Positions 59,301 to 64,000 of a stretch of 64,000 bases of DNA are shown here, piece by piece (the stretch's first letter is position 1; every line of letters starts with the position of its first letter). The notes under the pieces were generated by a model. It worked only from the letters and a program-made list of their open reading frames with translations. It was not told where the DNA came from and ran no database searches. The stretch is from Rebecca billardiae RCC1528 (taxonomy: Eukaryota; Protista; Haptophyta). Position numbers and translations under genes: made by a program. Location: the NCBI GenBank assembly GCA_965240325.2, contig OZ251238.1:992001-1056000 (forward strand). The letters are read 5' to 3'.

Positions 59301-59729
59301 GAGGTCGGGCCTCGCCCGGATGGCCTCGGCCAGGTCGCGCAGCGACGAGATGCACACGATCCTGAGCGAGTGCGGCGCGGCCGCGACCAGCGTGCGCTCC
59401 AGCAGCTGTGCGCCGCGCAAAATCGCCGAGTCCGGGACGGAGGCGTAGCCCGAGAGGAGGTACTCGTGGGGCATCGGCGCGTACGGCTGAGCGCCCTCCT
59501 CCCCCGCGCCCACGGGCACGTCGGACGCCGCCACGTGGTCCAGGAGGCACCGCGCGAGGCGCGCGCGCGCCTGCGCCTGCTGCCCGCCGTTGGCAATCAC
59601 CGCCCGCAGCGACACGCGACCGCGCTTGTGCTGCGTCGCCGCGACGAGCAAAGCCTTCGCGTCGTCAGGGTCGGGACCCAAATCCGTGATGAGGACGAGC
59701 GGGAACGCGCGCGACCTGCGCGTCCACAT
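56109..59729 (-). CDS. Fusion protein: XopQ/HopQ1-like nucleoside-hydrolase domain, multi-TM region, Ser/Arg linker, TIR-like domain (alternative ATG 59894)
   Basis: NH-like: LITDLGPDPDD, QGG...SVNNGFD, YLADAQHLGLEGLW, WYFETF, YDVLAL. About 6 hydrophobic helices. TIR-like: DAYVVHAREDS...WLDVLC...VPVYMARSRRLLLLAGPSVADRSRCVAE. Confidence 0.8.
56950..57190 (-). repeat. 84-bp (28-aa) degenerate coding repeat, about 3 copies
   Basis: AGSRLEQGSGVLSSRDS / AGSRLERGSSAVSSRES / AGARLERGSSAVSSRDS. Confidence 0.8.
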
Positions 59730-61501
59730 GGTCCAACCAGGGCTGGATACGGCTTCCAGCCCTCCCCGCAGCCGAGCGCGAGGCTCGCCCGCCAAAAGCC
59801 CCCCCCCCGCCCCTCCACAACGCACCGCGGGCGGGGTGGCGGGTAAAACCACGTATATCAGCACTAAAGTAGCGGTGGTAGCCGCCGTATTCATTGTATG
59901 GATCACTGAGTACTACAATAGTACTGTGCGCAAATGAACAGGATCTGAGAAGGGAGAATCTTTGAAAAGCAGCACGCCGGTAAGGTAGCCCGGTCGGTAC
60001 TGGCGGTTGGGAATCTCCAATATCAATACTACAGGACCACCCTGGACTACAGTTTACAGTACGTACAGGCAAGGGCCGTGGTACAGGTACATGGTCAACC
60101 GGCGCTAACCGGAACTAAAGCTGGGTGGCTCGGGTGGCGCCCCCGGACTCGGGTGGCCCAATGGCGGCCGCCCGGCAAGCGCACCTTGCCTACTTGTGGG
60201 TACTCAAAGTCGCGACGTCATCACCGGTTCGTCCGTCGGGGTAGATGGCGGGCAAGTAAACACCGATTGAAAGGGCATGCCGCATGCGCCGCTTGTGCTG
60301 CTCTTTGCACGGGTGGTATTATAAGGACTCCACGGACAAGCGGCGCTCAGACCCAACAACAGTGCGTCACGTCGCGCATATTGCTGTTTCGAGCGGCCCT
60401 GGTTCGGACGCTTGCTGTGGAGCACAGCCTTTCCAGCCCTTATTACATCAATGCGGCGCCTGGCGGCTCAATGCCGAGGTGACAAGGGGCTCCAGGCCTA
60501 GCGGGAGAGAGATGGACTGAGTGATCCGGACGCAGATGGCAGATCGATTACAGCACCTGTGCCGAGCTCGGCGAGGGCAGATGTTGGCCTGCCTAGAAGT
60601 CTACGTAATATAACTTGGATGGGCGCGACCCTGACGCGCATGGCACCTATCATGACCGCGCATGGTCCTACTTACCGCCCTGAGTACTGCCACGCCCACC
60701 CGGGTGGGCCATCCGTCACTCATCAGACAACATGCAGACATCACTCCGGCGCACCGCGTGCTGACCAAACTACATCAGATAAAAACAGCCTGCAGACTGG
60801 TTTACACGTTACAATAGTAGTTATCCGATTTAACGACGCGGCACAGGTCCGTGTTCACTTCCTTACCTAATATTTTAATTTAGTTTGTTATTGTAATACA
60901 GCGCTTCGCAGTACTCGCGCTTAAAGCCATTCCGCCGGCCGATTCGATCGCGGTGCACGCCATGCTCTGCCACCAACGCCGACTTCGTGGACGACCATCG
61001 GGCACTGCCGCCGACGAATCAGGAGACATGCGTCGTCCTACCTGTGTCGTTAAATCATAGAACTTTTTGAGTACATCAGCTGAGCCATAACAACATAGCT
61101 AGTAATCGGCGAGCTAGGAATTAAAACCGCCTCCGATGACTCTGCTCGTAGATAGATAGATACCTGGAAGAAGTCGCCAATCGCCGGTCTCGCTAGATAC
61201 GACCACTTGCCATGTCACCCCTGTGCACTGAGTGACAAGGCGACTCACAGGTCGGTGGACGCCGGACGTACTACTGGAGTACTGACTGTACTGCCACTCC
61301 TGATCAACAACCCTGAGCAAGAATCTGAGTAACTCTCCAGGGACCTACTAGTGTAAGTGAACCGTACTTGGCATAATTATTCGGCTGGCGATTCAGATTC
61401 AGACGCAGTTGCACATAATAGGCCTACTGTACACGTATTCAATACTACATATACGTCGTTACTGGCAGTACAGTCAAAAGAGTCAGTCCAGTGTGATTAT
61501 A

Positions 61502-62014
61502 CAGGCAATCGCGGGCAATAAGGAGCTGTCACGTTAAGAAACTGGGGCTTGCTATCTGCGGATCTGGCCTAGAAACTGAGGCTAGCGATTGGCTGGTTCG
61601 CTATACGCATAGTCACACGAAGAAACCGGGACTACGTCGTCCCGGCTGACGAGTGGTCCACCGAGGGGCGAGGGCGGCGAGGCGCAGTCGGCCCGTCGGG
61701 GACGCGGCGCGCGGCCCGACTACGAGTACAGGCCATTTCCCGACTTCTCCTGATGACTGACTCCTGGCCAGTGCACCGCAGCATCCATGCAACATCATGC
61801 CAGATTTGCTCCAAAAGGCCCAAAATTTTCGTCGGCCTCGCCGGCCGGGCCTAAAGACTCAGCGGGGGGCTCTGCCCCCCTGCGCCCCCCGCGCCTGCGC
61901 GGCGGGCGGACCTAGCTAAGAAACTGAGACTCCGTAGGCGCTCGGGCTACCGAACGGCTAAGAAACCGAGGCTAGCCGTGAGATCTCTGACTTCTTATTG
62001 CCCGCGATTGCCTG
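61502..62014. mobile_element. Tc1/mariner-type MITE (513 bp)
   Basis: Perfect 21-bp TIR CAGGCAATCGCGGGCAATAAG flanked by TA on both sides; internal AAGAAACYGRGRCT direct repeats; non-coding. Confidence 0.85.
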
Positions 62015-63903
62015 TATGTCGAATCAATGCGACAGCAGCACAACACCTGATCCGCCGTGAGTACAGCTGAATAATCCATTATTATTAAATGGCATGCGTG
62101 TGCAGCTGCTCGTTTATTTATAGTTCAGTCGTCAGCAGCTTCTGTCCTGCCCGTATTAATTACGCGATAACAGTCAGAATTAGGCACGCCGTACTCGGTA
62201 ATGCGACTACGCTGCGTGATATTTTAAAAAGCCTGCATCTCTAGTCACTGGGACCATGGGCATGGTCGGACTGGCTTCGTCTGGCATCCGCATGGTGCAT
62301 GCTGACGTCATCTATGAACTATCGCAGCATCATGTATTCTGTGAGGTGCGCTGCTCGTCCGCGCCACTCCGCGAGAATCAGCCAATGACGGCAGTACAGC
62401 CGCTGATCCTTGGCTGAAGGTTTCGCGGCGAGTGGCGGCAATCAGGCGCACCGCACGATGCATTGTTGTGCCCACGGAATGCGCATGCAATGGAAGCAGT
62501 GGACCAGGCAGCTGCGCCGCCTAGCCCTCGTCATGGAAGAATGCCACCTGCGCGGAAGGCATGGGCGATGGTGACGCAAGCGCATTGGCAATGAGAAAGC
62601 GCGGTGCCCCAGCTTCCCGCGCGGTGCGGTCTGCGCACACACCTGTCTGCACAGAGGTGGTGGAGGTACATTCCCACCCCCTATCGCGTGACATCTAGCA
62701 CCGGAGATGCTCAGCCGCTCGAGTGAGTGGTAGACCGTCTCCGAGCTGCACCGTCGGGCATTGTTGTCGTGTGCTGCGCATCTTGCAGCGACGTCCAAAG
62801 TCGACAGCGACGCGACATGCGGACGCTGGTGGTGGTAGGTGTTGGTCTCGTCGAGCCCCTCACGGATGCGCGCGTCGCTATCGGCACTTGCCCAGGCGAC
62901 AGGCCCAGGAGCCGCTCCGCCGCCGTCATCCGCATGCATCGAAACCTCGGTGGGCCGTCTCGCCGCCGACGAAGGCCGTGTCCGCCCTTTTGGCCGGTGG
63001 CCAACCGGATTTCCCACCGAAGTCATTATTACGGGCGGCACAGTTTAGTCAAGTACGACTCTTCGGCCGCAGGGCGCATCAAACCGGCATCAAACTCCTT
63101 TTGCCCAACTCCTTTTCGACGATCAACCGAGGTGAATCATTCAAGTTCAATTCTGTGAACCGTGCAGGAAGACGGCTTCTGCGCAATGTTCTGGCCTTCT
63201 GGATCCTCGCGTGACTAAATCTGGTGAGAAAAGCTACTACTGTACCGTATAGAGGGGGGTTGGAACTCACCGTTGGAAGTTGGCGCCCAGCGCTCACTTT
63301 CACTTGCTCATCAGTTCACAGTTGCCAGACGGGCCAGGCGAACTAAATAAACGCCGTCGAAAATTATCAGACTGCCTTATCACAGCAGGCTGGCATTGGC
63401 CATTGCCGCGCGCCGCCCCTCACTCGCCGTCACTCGGGCCCGTCAGGCGGCTCATAACCAATATACATATAATTGCGACGGCAGTGCCGCGCCCCGGCCC
63501 CGGGCCCCGTGGCTGCCGGCCGCGATTGCGGCGCGCGCATTGTCGATTCACATGTCACGATTGTGCGGGCGTCGTCGTCGACGTCGGCCCGCGGCCGGGG
63601 CCCAGGCCCCGAGCCCGGCGAGTCCGGCCGGACGGCCGGCCGCCGCGCAGGCTGACTGGCGTCGCACCGTCATAATCTATAGGCCTAGCACTGAGACTCT
63701 GCATGAGACATGAGTGGCTATGCATCGGAAGGTCAGCCTTGAAGTAGATTTAGTAGGGGACGTCCAGCACTCGCAGCAGTCGCTCAGGCACCGATAGAGT
63801 CGTACTCGTAAGTCGAAATCTAATTAATTAATATCGTATATGAGCAGTACAGCTGAATATGTGGATCCGGATCCGACACTTTCAACCGTATCCGCGACTC
63901 TCA

Positions 63904-63908
<5 letters not shown>

Positions 63909-64000
<92 letters not shown>
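63909..64000. repeat. (AT)n microsatellite running off the window end
   Basis: Direct reading of the sequence. Confidence 0.98.

Noticed and set aside
240-59846. Many long Arg/Ala/Pro-rich ORFs antisense to or overlapping real genes (e.g. 10422..12539, 14257..16227, 19097..20782, 55882..57996)
   Set aside because: Shadow ORFs caused by stop-codon scarcity at very high GC; they carry no motifs and overlap well-supported genes.
62200-63700. ORFs 62442..63041, 62723..63214 and neighbours
   Set aside because: No recognisable motifs; probably decayed TE or intergenic DNA.

Overview
Very GC-rich, intron-containing eukaryotic nuclear DNA. Bipartite plastid-targeted proteins, a GC-AG intron and (CG)n-rich introns suggest a haptophyte alga of the Pavlovales/Diacronema type (inference). 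The gene-dense window holds about 16 coding units: a partial O-fucosyltransferase-like gene, a secreted Cys-rich protein, USP14/UBP6, a GT4 glycosyltransferase, DENR/TMA22, two XK-family membrane-protein paralogues, a PsaN-like lumen protein, a degenerate TCD/ThiF protein, CPSF1, a mitochondrial carrier, a ~3,500-aa channel, a lumenal FKBP, an ARM-like exon, TMEM245-like, and a 1,200-aa fusion protein. Mobile DNA includes a 5'-truncated LINE (APE-RT-RNase H), a 1.9-kb TIR element with a 7-bp TSD, a TA-flanked MITE and a 308-bp foldback repeat. The top finding is a single-exon gene (56109-59729, minus) fusing a XopQ/HopQ1-type nucleoside-hydrolase-like domain, a multi-pass membrane region and a C-terminal TIR-like domain. 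The second is a 9-exon gene (34612-46473) with two SKOR/AKT-like 6TM-cNBD-ankyrin modules carrying different selectivity filters. All family calls come from motif recognition by eye; no searches were run.
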